Notes: generated by a model not told the origin, from the sequence alone. A stretch of DNA of 63,876 nucleotides, filler included, from Chiloscyllium plagiosum (GCF_004010195.1; 4 parts of one record of this genome joined end to end with filler, not necessarily neighbours in it); one strand, 5' to 3'; numbered from the whole stretch's first letter, positions 39,229 to 51,865 are shown. Numbers and translations: made by a program.

Positions 39229-39749
39229 GGTTGAAACTTTATTGCTGGAACAGCACAGCAGGTCAGGCAGCATCCAGGGAACAGGAGATTCGACGTTTCG
39301 GGCACAGGCCCTTCTTCAGGAATGAGCAGAGAGTGTTCAGCAGGAGAAGATAAAAGGTAGGGAGGAGGGACTTGGAGGAGGGGAGTTGGAAATGTGATAG
39401 GTGGAAAGAGGTCAAGGTGAGGGTGATAGGTCGGAGTAGGGTGGAGGCGGAGAGGTCAAGAAGAAGACTGCAGGTCAGGAAGGCGGTGCCGGGCTGGAAG
39501 GATCCGGCTGAGACAAGGTGGGGGGAGGGGGGATGAAGAAACTGGTGAAGTCCAAGTTCATCCCCTGCGGTTGGAGGGTTCCCAGTCGGAAGATAAGACG
39601 CTCCTCCTCCGACCGTCGGGTTGTTGTGGTTTGGCGGTGGATGAGTCCAATGACCTGCATATCCTCGGTGGAGTGGGAGGGGGAGTTGAAATGCTGTGCC
39701 ACAGGTTGGTTGGGTTGGTTCGTCCGGGAGGCCCAGAGGTGCTCAGATC
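39229..39749 (-). mobile_element. Young Neptune-like Penelope 3' fragment nested in the Poseidon-like RT
   Basis: AQHFNSPSHS...EERLIFRLGTLQPQGMNLDF; TSD acctttcaaggatgaa at 39213-39228 and 39750-39765. Confidence 0.9.
39292..39319 (-). ncRNA. Minimal type I hammerhead ribozyme core
   Basis: attc-CTGAAGA-A-GGGC ctgt GCCC-GAAA-C-GTC-gaat; 4-bp stem I (ATTC/GAAT) fully paired. Confidence 0.75.
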
Positions 39750-40514
39750 ACCTTTCAAGGATGAAACCAGAAAGCAACAACACCCCAAGATTTTATGGAT
39801 TACCCAAAGTGCACAAACCAGGTATACCCACGTAGACATATAATGGCACTCCCTGGAACTCACATAAATTGACAAAAGAACTGCAACAAAAACTAAAGCA
39901 TCTTATCAATGGATCTAAACACCCCATACAATCATCACAGGAATTCCTAGACAACATTAAGAACATAAACATAGACAAGGGCAAATCATTGGTCTCATTC
40001 GATATAACAGCACTGTTCACTTCAATTGACAAAACTCTAGCCAGAGAAACAATAGCCAACTTGCTGGACAGGCAGAACAGACAACACGATGGGAACCTAT
40101 CAACAAGGACTGCATATTCAAACCACTAGACCCATGCTAGACAACACACTTCACATTCAACAACCAAATATATGAAAAGATCAATGGAACACTTATGCGC
40201 TCACCCATCTCTGGGCTCATAGCAGAAGCAGTGATGCAAAGACAGGAACAAAGTGCCCTTCCACAAATCCAACCCAAACTCTGGATCAGATACGCGGACA
40301 ACACTTTTGTTATCATTTAAGAGAACAGAAATCGAGAACACACATTGGATTATCAACATCATGCTCACAGGGATCAGATTTACGAGAGAGTAGGAAATCA
40401 ACAATCAACTTCCATTCCTGGATGTGCTACCCCTTTACCACCTACCACCAGAATGGTGGATGCACCACAGAAGTGCACAGGAAAGCCACACACACACGAC
40501 CAGATCCTGCACTA

Positions 40515-40709
40515 GGCAGAGGTGGGTACTGTAAGTGCTGGAAATCAGAGCCAAGATTAGAGTGGTACTGGAAAAGCACAGCAGGTCAGGCAGCATCAAA
40601 GGAGCAGGATTTTCAACATTTTGGCAGGAGTTTTTGGCAGGATTTACCTGCTCCTCAGATGCTGCCTGACCTGCTGTGCTTTTCCAGTGAAACTCTAATC
40701 TAGACTCCA
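40515..40709. mobile_element. Older fold-back Penelope-like end, ribozyme cores lost
   Basis: Inverted arms; imperfect TSD atcctgcacta / atcttgcacta. Confidence 0.65.
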
Positions 40710-41796
40710 ATCTTGCACTAAACCAGCAACCACCCGAACACATGCAAGATAAATTGCATTAGGACCCTGTTTTAAAGGGTTCTAACACACTGCAGCACTC
40801 CTGACTTACGAAAGGAAGAAGAAGAACACCTCTAACAAACAATGCAATGAGGACATACCACGACCTAACTCACTAGCCATGCTACCTTATATATAAAACG
40901 TCTCAGAACTGACAGCCACATGTCTCTGACCACTGGGATTCATGACAGCCCATAAAGCGACAGCCACACCCAGACAACAACACATCAGGACAAAAGACCC
41001 AGTACCCATCATGTGTAAGACTAATGTAATTTACAGGATTCCATGTAGATTGCATGAAACAGGCAGACAACTAGTAATCCGCATCTAAGAGCACTGCTTA
41101 GCCACTAAAAGCCACAACAGCTGTCCCTCGTAGCCACATACATAGATGACAAGAACCACAAATTCAATTGGGACAGCACAACGATCATAAGACAAGCTAA
41201 ACAGAGGACAGCCAGAGAATTTCTGGAAGCATGGCACTCAGGCACAGACTCCATCAACAAGCACAAAGACCCAGACCCAATATACCGGCCACTGCAAGGA
41301 CCAACTGGAACCAGGAACTGGAAGCAGCAGGAACGGAACCAAATAAGTTCCAGAAGAGTCAGTACAGCAGCACTTCACAGGAGGCTCCACAGTAAGGAAG
41401 GTGTCACCCAGACAGGGGACAAAACATCTGCAAATATAATCTATTTCTTTCAGCTTCCTATAAACTCGTCATGATGGAAGTTTCTCTGCTGTGACTTCCA
41501 GTTCTAGGGATCACAGGGATGAAAGTCGAAAGAGAATGGTGTATTTAGGTCTTGCATGCTCCAACATGGATCTATTTCCCTGGGGCTACCCCTTCACCAT
41601 CTACCACATAAGGCTCTTAATCCTCTGAATTCCACTATTCTGCTTCTTGTCTTTCTGATTCCCAGGCCTCGCAGACCTACAGCCCTATGGCAGCCTTTAA
41701 GTGCACTGATGGAAGTGATGCAGATCCGGGGCTCGCTCTCCCTCTTTGCTGCTGGAATTCTGCTGGAGTCCATTTGCCACATCTATAGGAGCCAAG

Positions 41797-42465
41797 TTTA
41801 AAATCACATGACACCAGGTTACAGTCCAACAGGTTTATTGTTTTGTCTAACATATCGCATCAGTTGCATGATACTTAAATCTTTTACTATAAATTCTGTG
41901 TTCTATATACCCTACCTCACTAGCCAGCAGTCGAAAGAGAATGGTGTATTTAGGTCTTGCATGCTCCAACATGGATCTATTTCCCTGGGGCTACCCCTTC
42001 ACCATCTACCACATGTGGGTGGCACGGTGGCACAGTGGGTGGCACGGTGGCACAGTGGTTAGCACTGCTGCCTCACAGTGCCAGAGACCCGGGTTCAATT
42101 CCCGCCTCAGGCGACTGACTGTGTGGAGTTTGCACGTTCTCCCCGTGTCTGCGTGGGTTTCCTCCGGGTGCTCCGGTTTCCTCCCACAGTCCAAAGATGT
42201 GCAGGTCAGGTGAATTGGCCATGCTAAATTGCCCGTAGTGTTAGGTAAAAGGGTAAATGTAGGGGTATGGGTGGTTGCACTTCGGCGGGGCGGTGTGGAC
42301 TTGTTGGGCCGAAGGGCCTGTTTCCACACTGTAAGTAATCTAAAAAAAAATGAAGGAGCAGCGCTCTGAACACTTGTATTCCCAAATAAACCTGTTTGGA
42401 CTATAAACTGGTGTCATGTGGTTCTTAACTTTGTCCACCCTGGTCCAACACCAGCACCTCCACAA
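41797..42465. mobile_element. Fold-back Penelope-like end (family B) interrupted by an 86-bp duplication and a SINE
   Basis: Arms catgacaccaggttacagtccaacaggtttatt / aataaacctgtttggactataaactggtgtcatg; ggagc(c/t)aag flanks. Confidence 0.65.
42017..42350 (+). mobile_element. Young HE1-type V-SINE with duplicated 5' head
   Basis: gggtggcacggtggcacagt twice, B box gggttcaattccc, CpG-rich V-domain, poly(A) end. Confidence 0.92.
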
Positions 42466-45164
42466 TGTACGGGAGCTAAGGTGGCCAAGCATTCCTGAAA
42501 TCCCAAGACTTTACAGCATTTTGGCCTTATGCCCCATATCACTGAGCAAGCCTTCCCTGGACACAAAATGTTGTTGATTTCTTTTAGCTGCTCCCAAGTC
42601 TTATTTTGAAGAAGAAGCAAATTTTGTCAGGCCATTCTTTTTTATTCCTCAAGAAACATCCATTGGTGCTTTGGGACATCCTAAAGTGAGGAATAGTGCA
42701 AAGTAAATACAAATCTTTTTTTTTATTTTAAAGTTACGTTTTTTGCCACTCTATGCCTGGGTGTGATAGTCATGGTAGACAATGGTCTAGTGGTATTATC
42801 ACTAATCCAGACACCCAAAATGTTCTGGGAACCTGGGTTTGATTCCTGCCATGGCAGATGGCGGAATTTGGACTCAATGGAAAAGAAAATTTGGACTTAA
42901 GAGTCTAATAATGACTGTGAATCCATTGGCAATCGTTAAAAAAATCCATCTGGTTCACTTTAGGGAAGGAAACTGCCATCCTTATCTGGTCTGGTCTACA
43001 TGTGACTCCAGACCCACAGCAATGTGGTTGACTCTTAAACTGCCCACTGAGCAATTAAGGTTGTGCAAGAAATGTTGGTCATCCCATGAATGAATTTTTA
43101 AACAATTCATTGTCAGGGCTGGCCAGTGAGTACCTGGGGTTTTACTGTTGAAGGTGAACCACCATGCCCAGTGCAAGCCCCCTCATTCGTGGCTCCCCAC
43201 CATCACCCCTGAGTAAAAGATATCATATTCAACTCCCCGCGTTCTTCTCCCCTCCCCACTCCACCCTGGCTCAAGATTTACCAAGCAGCATTACCCACCT
43301 TACACTGCCCGCATATCCAGTCTCAAATCAGCTTCTAGCAAATTGAAATTAACAAAACAATAGATATGGATTAGGAACAGGTTGGATCCACTTGACCACT
43401 CAATCTGGCTCCATCATTCAATAAGATCATGGCTGGTCCATTACTCCACAGTTCCCACCTATGTTTGATAATCTTTCACCCATTTGTCCATCAGGACTCC
43501 ATCAGAAATACTGGCCACAAATGTATTCAACTAAAAATACTCTGCCACCTTTTGATTAAGGGAGTTCTATGACTGTCTGTATGAAAAGAAATATTTCCCT
43601 CATCTCTGTCGTTTTAAAAAGAGGATGTGGGCACCACCGACTGGGCAGCATGTACTGCACATGTTTATTTGCTAAGACAGCAGTTAAGAGTTAACCACTT
43701 TGACTGGAGTCGCATGGAGGCCAGACCAGGAAAGGCCAGCAGATTTCCTTCCCTAAAGAGCATTAATAAACTAAATGTGTTTCTCCTGGCAATCAGCAGC
43801 AGTTCCATGAGCATCATTAGGTTCTTAATTCCAAATTCTTATTGAATTCAATTTTCATGATGAACCAAGGTGGAATTATGAACCTGGCTCCTCAGAACAT
43901 TCCTTGGGTATCTGGATAAATAGGCTAGAGATAATATCACTAGACCATCACCTCCCCGGATATTTCACCATATTTCTTTGGAGGAGGGATGGACAGACTA
44001 ATAGAAACATAAAAAAAACAGGATGAAGCCACTCAATCCTATTAGCCTATTCTGCCATTCAGTGAAATCTTGTTTTAAACATATTTGCCCACTTTGGATT
44101 CAACTACTTCAATATTATTAACTGACAAGAATCAACATAAAACATTCATTAACCTTCTGCTTATTTCTTTATGCTCTTCATCAATCTATTGCTTTCAAAA
44201 TTCCAAATCTGCAATAGCATCACACCTTAACTCTCTCTATTTCTTCCGTGCCCAGAACTATGCATTTTACTGCAGATGTGATTCTTATTTGGGACAATGT
44301 GCTGGGGTTACGATGAGGTCAATTAAGTGCATGGAAGAGGGAGTCTCAATTCTTTATCCCCTTTTTCCAATTAGCCTTTTCTCTCGCTGCTGACTAAAAT
44401 GTGAAGGTGCTGGTGTCGGACTAGGATGGACAAGGTCAGAAGTCACATGGTACCAGGTTATAGTCCAACAGATTTATTTACAATCACAAGCTTTTGTAGC
44501 ACTGCCCCTTTCTCAGGTGAAGGCACCTCAGCACTGAAAGTATTCACTGACTCTGTCTCCACCATTTTTGGGAAAGTTTTAAAAGGTTCAAGGCTTGCTA
44601 AGAGAATCATTACTTCCTCAACTCTGTCTTAAAATGGGACACCCCTTATTTATACAGTTTAAACGTGTTCCAATCGCTCCCACAATGGTAGTTCATTCTT
44701 TCAACATTCAAATGTCAGGATTGGATCTCACCCATTAGTTAGTCACGAAACATACCCAGAAAAAGTTGGCACTAATGTCTTAAGGTGTAAATGAATTTTT
44801 AACAACATGATAAGTCATAATTACTGTCCCTCTGTGGTGCCAAAACCTTAATTTCTTCAAAATTTAATTTGTCTCAGAAATGTACAAAGAACTATTTTCT
44901 TTCCTGGTTGTTCTGTATCTTTTACTCAAACTCTTTATTTCACTTCCTGCACAGAGATTAAATATAATGGCCCAATTTTGATCTGCATGTCTCAATAAAA
45001 ATTCATTAGTCTGATTGGGTGGAAGAGTGGAAAACTTGCTTGTTCTGTTCACTCAAAAGTAGAAACTAGAAACTGCTGGAAAGGCTCAGCAGGTCAGGCA
45101 GCATCTGTAGGGAGAATCAAAGTCAACGTTTTGGGTCAAAAGACCCTTCCTCAGAATGCAGTTA

Positions 45165-46895
45165 AAACAGAAAAAAAATCCAAAAATCATAAAAAAGCAT
45201 TTTCAGGGACATAAGATGGCAACATTCAACTAAGACAAATGTGGGACCATTACAGGCAGTATCAGGAGAATTTATCACAGGGAATAGAAAAATAGCCAAG
45301 AAGCTAAATGATTACTTTGTGTCTTTCTTCACTGAGGGAGAAATGAGAAGTCTCCCAGGTTTGGAGGTCCAAGAGGTTAGGGAGAATGAGGAAATTGGTG
45401 TCAATAAAGAAGGTTGTGAAAGAGAAGGGGTAGGGGAGTCCAAAACTTGAGAGCATATGTTTTAGGTGAGAGGGGAAAGATTTAAAAGGGACCTAAGGGG
45501 CAACCTTTTCATGCAGAGGGTTGGATGTGTATGGAATGAGCTGCCAGAGGAAGTGGTGGAGGCTGGTACAATTACGTTTAAAAGGTATCTGGGTGGGTAT
45601 ATGAATACAAAGGAATTAGAGGGATATGGCCAAGTGCTGGCAAATGGGACTAGATTAATTTAGGATATCTGGTGGGCATGTATGAGTTTCCATGTTGCGC
45701 ATCTCTATCACTCTATGACTATAAGTTAATGGGACTGAAGATCAATCAGTCCCTGAGACCTGATGTTCCCAAGGTGATATAAGAGATAGCTATGGAGATA
45801 ATGGATGAATTGGTGATTATCTCTTGAAATGCTGCAGATTCTGGAATGTTTCCTGTGGATCAGAATGTCGTAATTGTCACCTGACAATTGGTATGGAAGG
45901 TGCTAGCTATGAAGAAAGGTTTATTTTCATTAGAAGAAAGGAGATTGATGTTTATAAAATCATGAAGGGTATAGACAGAGTAGACAGAGACAAGCTTTTT
46001 CCCAAGGTGAAGGATTCAATAACGAGAGGTCACGCTTTCAAGGTGAGAGGTGGAAAGTGTAAGGGGGATACAAGCGGCAAGTACTTCACACAGAGGGTGG
46101 TGGGCATTTGGAACACGTTGGCAGCAGAGGTGGTTGAGGCAGGCATGGTAGATTCATTTAAGATGCGTCTGGATAAATGCATGAGTAGGTGGGGAGCAGA
46201 GGGATACAGATGCTTAGGAATTGACCCACAGGTTTAGACAGTACATTTGGATCGGCTCAGGCTTGGAGGGCCGAAGGGACTGTTCCTGGGCTGTAAATTT
46301 TCTTTGTTCTTTGTTCTTTGTTCTGACTATGTAAGAAGGTAGGAAGAGAGAAAATGGAGAATTAGCCTCAAATCAGCAGTTGAGAAAACATTAGAATCTA
46401 TTAAAGCAGAAGTAATATCAACATTTGGAGCATGAGGATCTGATCAGGCACAGTCACCAGGGGTGTGTAGTTAGGAAATTGTTTTTTTATGAGCATGTTG
46501 GGGTTTTTTGAGGGTGTTACTAACAAAAAGAGGAGTCATTCTTGCACCATCAGAAGGCTTTTGATAAAGTCTCCACAGGAGGTATGTTGGTGAAACTAAA
46601 GCACTGGTTTAGGGTGATTAACAGCTGGAAAAGAGCAGGAATGAGCAGGTCATCCTCATCCTTGTAAGATATAAACACCTTTGTAAGCTGTAAACATCCT
46701 CATCTTTGTAAGCTGTGACCAGAGGGATTTCACGAGGATCAGTACCCCAGCAATTCTTAATTTGCACCAATGATTTTAATATGGTGACTTGATCTTTCCA
46801 GGTTTATGGATGACTTGAGGATTGGTAGAAATGTGTGCTCGGAGGAAGATGCAAAGCGGCCCCAGGAAAATCTATACAGACTTAGTAAGTGGGAC
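45165..46895 (+). mobile_element. Old CR1 LINE with two nested CR1 3' ends (about 45425-45720 and 45885-46325)
   Basis: KTNVGPL...YFVSFFT and cagaaggcttttgataaagt remnants; FMQRVGCVWNELP and FTQRVVGIWNTL; (ttctttg)n tail. Confidence 0.7.
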
Positions 46896-47412
46896 ATGTG
46901 AAATATCCACACCAAGGTCAGTATCCCATCAACTAGTCAGCCTTTATTTACACGTGCACAATACATGGGCTCTGACCAGCCAGCTCTGAGCCAGTCCCTA
47001 GACTAAGGAGTCTGTCAAAGGCTTCTGTTTATATCTGTCAGCCAGGGCTCCCTGATTCACCCAGGTAGGGGAGGCAATGGCCAAGTGGTATTATCGCCAG
47101 ACTATTAATCCAGGAAGTTGTAAAGTGTAGTGCTGGAAAAGCACAACAGGTCAAGCAGCATCTGAGGAGCAGGACAGTTGATATTTAGGGCATAAGCCCT
47201 TCATTAATCCAGGAATTTGGCTAATGATCTGGGGAAAGTGAGAACTGCAGATGCTGGAGATCAGAACTGAAAAATGTGTTACTGGAAAAACGCATCAGGT
47301 CAGGCTGGGGACTTGGGTTCAAGTCCTGCCTCGGCAGACGGCAGAATTTGCATTCAATAAAAATCTGGAATTAAGAGTCTAATAATGACCATAAATCCAG
47401 TGTTGATTGGCA

Positions 47413-48320
47413 GAAGAGGTGTAGTGGACAGCAAAGAAGGTTACCTCAGATTACAATGGGATCTTGATAAGATGAGTCAAAGGGCTAAGGAGTGGCAGAT
47501 GGAGTTTAATTCAGATAAATGCGGGATACTGCATTTTGAGAAAGCAAATCTTAGCAGGACTTATATACTTATTGGTAAGGTCCTGGGGAATGTTACTGAG
47601 CAAAGAGACCGCGGAGTGCAGGTTCATAGCTCCTTGAATGTAGTGTCGCATGTAGATAGGATAGTGAAGAAGGCGTTTGGTATGCTTTCTTTTATTGGTC
47701 AGGGTATTGAGTACAGGAGTTGGGAGGTCATGTTGCGGCTGTACAGGACATTGATTTGGCCACTTTTGGAATATTGCATGCAATTCTGGTTTCCTTCCTA
47801 TCAGAAGGATGTTGTGAAATTTAAAAGGGTTAAGAAAAGATTTACAAAGGTGTTGCCAGGGTTTGAGGGTTTGAGCTATAGGGAGGACCTGAAATGGCTG
47901 GGGCTGTTTTCCCTGGAGCATTGAAGGCTGAGGGGTGACGTAATAAAGGTTTAGAAAATCATGAGGGACATGGATAGGATAAATTGACAAAGTATTTTCC
48001 ATGGTGTGGGGGAGTCCAGAACTAGAGGGCATAGGTTTAAGGTGAGAGGGAAAAGATATAAAAGGGATCGAAGGGGTAATGTTTTCACGCAGCGGGTGGT
48101 ATGTGTATGGAATGAGCTGCCAGAGGAAGTGGTGGAGGCTGGTACAATTACAAAATTCAAAAGGCATATGGATAGGTATATGAATAGGAATGGTTTAGAG
48201 GGATATGGGCCAAGTGCTGGCAAATGGAACTAGATCCGTTTAGGATATCTGATCAGCATGGACGAGTTGGTCCAAAGCATCTGTTTCTGTGCTGTACATC
48301 TCAATGACTCTATGGCTCTA
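47413..48320 (+). mobile_element. CR1 ORF2 3' fragment inserted in a SINE
   Basis: ORFs 47385-47924 and 48006-48233 with CR1 motifs; SINE sequence resumes at about 48321. Confidence 0.85.
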
Positions 48321-49122
48321 AAAACTCAGCTGATTTACTCATGTCCTTTAGGGAAGGAAATCTATCATCCTTACCTGGTCTGGCCTATATGTGACACCAG
48401 ACCCACAGCAATGTGATTGACTCTTAACTGCCTGTGGACAACAAATGCTGGCCTAGCCAGCGGTGCCCACATCCCATGCTTAAATTTTTAAAAATCTTAT
48501 CAGTGATCTACCTGGTTCCATTCCAATCACTCACTACACAAGAAAATGGCTGATGAATTATCATGTAGATAGTGAAAGGTGACCCACTTTGGTAGGAGGA
48601 ACAGAGCTGCAGGATAATTCTTAACTGATATTGTGTATTGTATGTGTTGTGTATGTCTCCCAGTATGGAAAACAGAAAAGGTGACATCGCCGTGGTCTTA
48701 CCAGACTATAGATTTCCTCTCTGCGTAGAGAGGAGACTGCTGGTGGTTTAACCTGAAGGTGACCATGCCTCAGCCAAGGGGAGAGGTTGACAAGGAGAAT
48801 CCAGCCTGGTAACCTCAGGTGGTGTGGGAATTGAACCCATGGTGTTCCTATCACTCTGCATCACAAACCAAGCTCACTGACCCTCTTTTGTAATTGTACC
48901 AGCCTCCACCACTTCCTCTGGCAGCTCATTCCATACACATACCACCCTCTGCATGAAAACATTACCCCTTAGATCCCTTTTATATCTTCACAGTGAGTAC
49001 AGCTTTCAGAAACATACTCATTCTTCCATTGCTGTTTCAGAACATGTGACCTGATGGTATGAAGAGGAACTCACTTTGACTAAGCATGTGACATCAAGGG
49101 ACATTGGGCAAATACAATTCAG

Positions 49123-49352
49123 CACAGCAGGTCAGGCAGCATCCGAGGAGCAGGAAAAGCGATGTTTCAGGCAAAAGCCCTTCATCAGGAATAGGCTCTA
49201 TTCCTGATGAAGGGCTTTTGCCCGAAACGTCGATTTTCCTGCTCTTCTGATGCTGCCTGACTTGCTGTGCTTTTCCAGTACCACTCTAATGTAGACTCTG
49301 GTTTCCAGCATCTGCAGTCCTTGCTTTTACCCCATTTTTACCCTGTTTTTAC
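49123..49352. mobile_element. Fold-back Penelope-like end (family A variant)
   Basis: Centre ttcatcaggaatag-gct-ctattcctgatgaa; TSD caaatacaattcag at 49109-49122 and 49353-49366. Confidence 0.85.
49204..49231 (+). ncRNA. Minimal type I hammerhead ribozyme core
   Basis: CTGATGA-A-GGGC tttt GCCC-GAAA-C-GTC. Confidence 0.72.
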
Positions 49353-50370
49353 CAAATACAATTCAGGACAGCTGCTCCCTATTGTCCAACCAAACGCGGA
49401 ATAGCATGTATCTCTCTGGACAGGGTCGGAAAAAAGAATTAACGTGAATGATTGTTCTGAATGGTGGAGCAGGTTTGTTGGGCTGGATAGCCTACTCCTG
49501 TTCCTATTTTACAAGATAGTTTTGTGAGGTTTCTGCCACTCAATAAATCATGGCTGATCTTCTAGTTCAACTGCCCCTTCCCGCATTGGCCCCAAGTGCC
49601 TTAAAACTCTGAGCACAGAGCAATTTATTGATCTCCTTCTTCAAATTCTCCAAGTGCGAGAATTACAAAGATTCACAACCCTATGGGTGAAAAACTGTCT
49701 CCACCTCTCTGTCCAAAAATGACCAACAGGCTTATTCTAAGACCGTGAACTTGTGTTTTAGCTTCTCATCGTCTGCACCACCAACTGCTTAAGCACTTTA
49801 GGTTTCAATCAGAACATTCTCATTCTTGTAGACTTCAGAGAAATCAAATCTGGTCTGTTCAATGTCTGGAATCTCTTCATCCCAGTAACCGGTCCCTCTT
49901 GGGCAAGTCCGTAACTGTACAAAGTGAGTCTTATAATGCCATGTAAACTTCAAATAGCACTTATTTTCACTCTTATAGCTTGGCTTCTAATTTCTTGCTC
50001 TACTTGCCTGCCAGTCTTCCAAAAACACTGAATCATATGAATTGGAGCAGGTTAAAGCCATTTAGCCTGCAAGCCTACTCTGTCACTCTGATCTTCCATC
50101 TCAGGACTCTGTTTCTTCTCATGATCCCTTTGATCCCTTTAGCCCAAAGAACTGTATCTGATTCTGTTTTGAAAACATTCAATGTTCTGACCTCAACCAT
50201 TTTCTGTGGCAGAGAATTCCACAGGCTTACCACTCTCTGCCCACCCTGTATCTTGATGCTGCGACTCCTGTTTTTGAACTCCGTAGTCATCGGAAACATC
50301 CTACCTTCATTTACCCTGTCCAGCCCTGTTTGAATTTAATAGGTTTCTGTGAGATCCCATGCTGAAAAAT

Positions 50371-50499
50371 GTGTTGCTAGAAAAGCGCAGCAGGTCGGGC
50401 AGCATCCAAGGAGCAGGAGAATCAACGTTTCGGGCATAAGCCCTTCTTCAGGAATGAGGAAGGTGTGCCAAGCAGGCTAAGATAAAAGGTAATCCTTGT
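50371..50499 (-). mobile_element. Penelope-like end with hammerhead core (50424-50451, GUU site) at contig end
   Basis: aacgtttcgggcataagcccttcttcag. Confidence 0.7.
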
Positions 50500-50599
50500 N
50501 NNNNNNNNNNNNNNNNNNNNNNNNNNNNNNNNNNNNNNNNNNNTTAATTAATTAANNNNNNNNNNNNNNNNNNNNNNNNNNNNNNNNNNNNNNNNNNNN
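50500..50599. other. Artificial contig-join spacer
   Basis: N44-TTAATTAATTAA-N44. Confidence 0.95.
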
Positions 50600-51123
50600 C
50601 GGGTAGATGAAGAAATGAGGAGTCGAGAGGGATTGGGAGAAGAGGTGTGTGAAGGCAGAGTGGGGGTGGTCGGGTATGATGGAGAGAGGGAGGAGGAAAA
50701 GGGCAACGAGAGTATGGGGAATGTCAATGTGGGAGGGGGAACGGGGGCGGGGCTCGGCGTGCCGGGGGCGGGGCTCGGCGTGCCGGGGGCGGGGTCCGGC
50801 TGATGATTGACAGCTTGACTCCTGGGCGTGGCCCGGGTGGCCGTGGGCGGGTTTCGGTGTGAGTGGGCGGAACTCAGGGCAATGGGTGGCAGTGGGCGGG
50901 TCCCTTGGTGATTGACGGCCGGGTTGCAGAGGGAGGAGCCCGGTGCGTTTGACAGCTCACTGAGTGGGCGGGGCTCAGGGTAACTGACAGGCCGGAGGGC
51001 AGTGGGCGGGGCCGGGGTGAACCGACTGTGAGTTAGTGATGGGTGAGCGGGTAGGGATCGGGTGCGGTCAGCAACGTGTTGACGCTGTGAAGGGACGGAG
51101 CGCGGCGACAAGCGGACACTGAC

Positions 51124-51196
51124 CCAGGAGGAGGCCGTCCATGTCAAAGATGACATGACTAACCGGCTTGAAGTCTGTTGTACATCTCGCCGCCAT
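51124..51196 (-). CDS. PUDP: Pseudouridine-5'-phosphatase (HDHD1), coding exon 1
   Basis: ATG at 51196, MAARCTTDFKPVSHVIFDMDGLLL plus G, then donor GTCAGT; HAD motif I matches human PVTHLIFDMDGLLLD as recalled; divergent from STS. Confidence 0.93.
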
Positions 51197-51814
51197 TTCC
51201 AGAGGAACCGAGGGCCGACGATCAGCTTCCCAGAGTTACCATCCAGGGGATGTGAGCCATAAAATCCACCTTCACCGAAAATACATTCCGAAGACTGATA
51301 AATCATCCTTCCAGCCCCAAACATAATTAAAGGGTAGGGATTAATATCTTGGTTTGTCGAGCACCTTAATACTATGTTCTGAAGAGAACGGTATCCTCCA
51401 TCCATTCGGCACCGCTGTTGTCCTAGCTGGTCCTAAAACGAATGAGCGAAACTGTCGGAGGCTTCCCTTCCAACTCCGGGTCTGGTTTCAGTCGGCCACC
51501 ATCTGCCGGCCTCGGGGCGGGGCTATCATTCGGAGGCGTGGTCAGGGTGCCGGGGGTTATCTGAGGGGCGGGGTGGGCGTGACTAGAGAATGAAGGGGCG
51601 TGGCGACTGGTTCAGGATGAAGGGTGGGGCTGGACGATAGAGGCGTGGCCGTGTGGTTGAAGGAGGCGTGGTCTAATGGGTGTGAGGAGCGGGGCCAGTG
51701 GTGAAGAAGGCGTGGCCATGGTGGGGGTGGGGCGTGGCTGTCGGCGGAGGCTAGACTATCTGTGTGGGGGCGGGGCCTATGGAGAGGGTGTGGTCAGATA
51801 GTGGTGGGCGGGGT

Positions 51815-51843
51815 ATGTCTGAGAGGCGGGGCTACCTGCGCAG
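51815..51843 (+). CDS. STS: Candidate STS first coding exon (MSERRGYLR-R)
   Basis: ATG at 51815; strong donor CAG|GTAAGG; phase 2, in frame with the exon at 54205. Confidence 0.5.
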
Positions 51844-51865
51844 GTAAGGCAGACAGATACTGCAG

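Larger units (their letters stand above)
37724..41436 (+). mobile_element. Near full-length decayed Penelope-like retrotransposon (Poseidon-like) with inverted 5' pLTR
   Basis: ITIVPADKS, FYGLPKVHKP, LVSFDITALFT, WIRYADN and GIY-YIG remnants; inverted endonuclease copy 37724-38230 (NIIYKIPC...HYVGQT); TSD taatctattt at 37714-37723 and 41437-41446. Confidence 0.9.
50600..51850. promoter_or_regulatory. CpG island / bidirectional promoter of PUDP and STS
   Basis: GC- and CpG-rich against a CpG-poor background; many GGGCGG and GGCGTGGC Sp/KLF boxes between divergent first exons. Confidence 0.85.

Noticed and set aside
42037..42110. tRNA gene
   Set aside because: tRNA-derived head of a SINE, continuous with the V-domain.
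47511..48167. 218-aa minus ORF and similar antisense ORFs
   Set aside because: Antisense shadows of CR1 ORF2.
50548..51405. 285-aa proline-rich minus-strand ORF
   Set aside because: Produced by GC-rich island composition; the real PUDP exon is in another frame and the ORF ends in the spacer.
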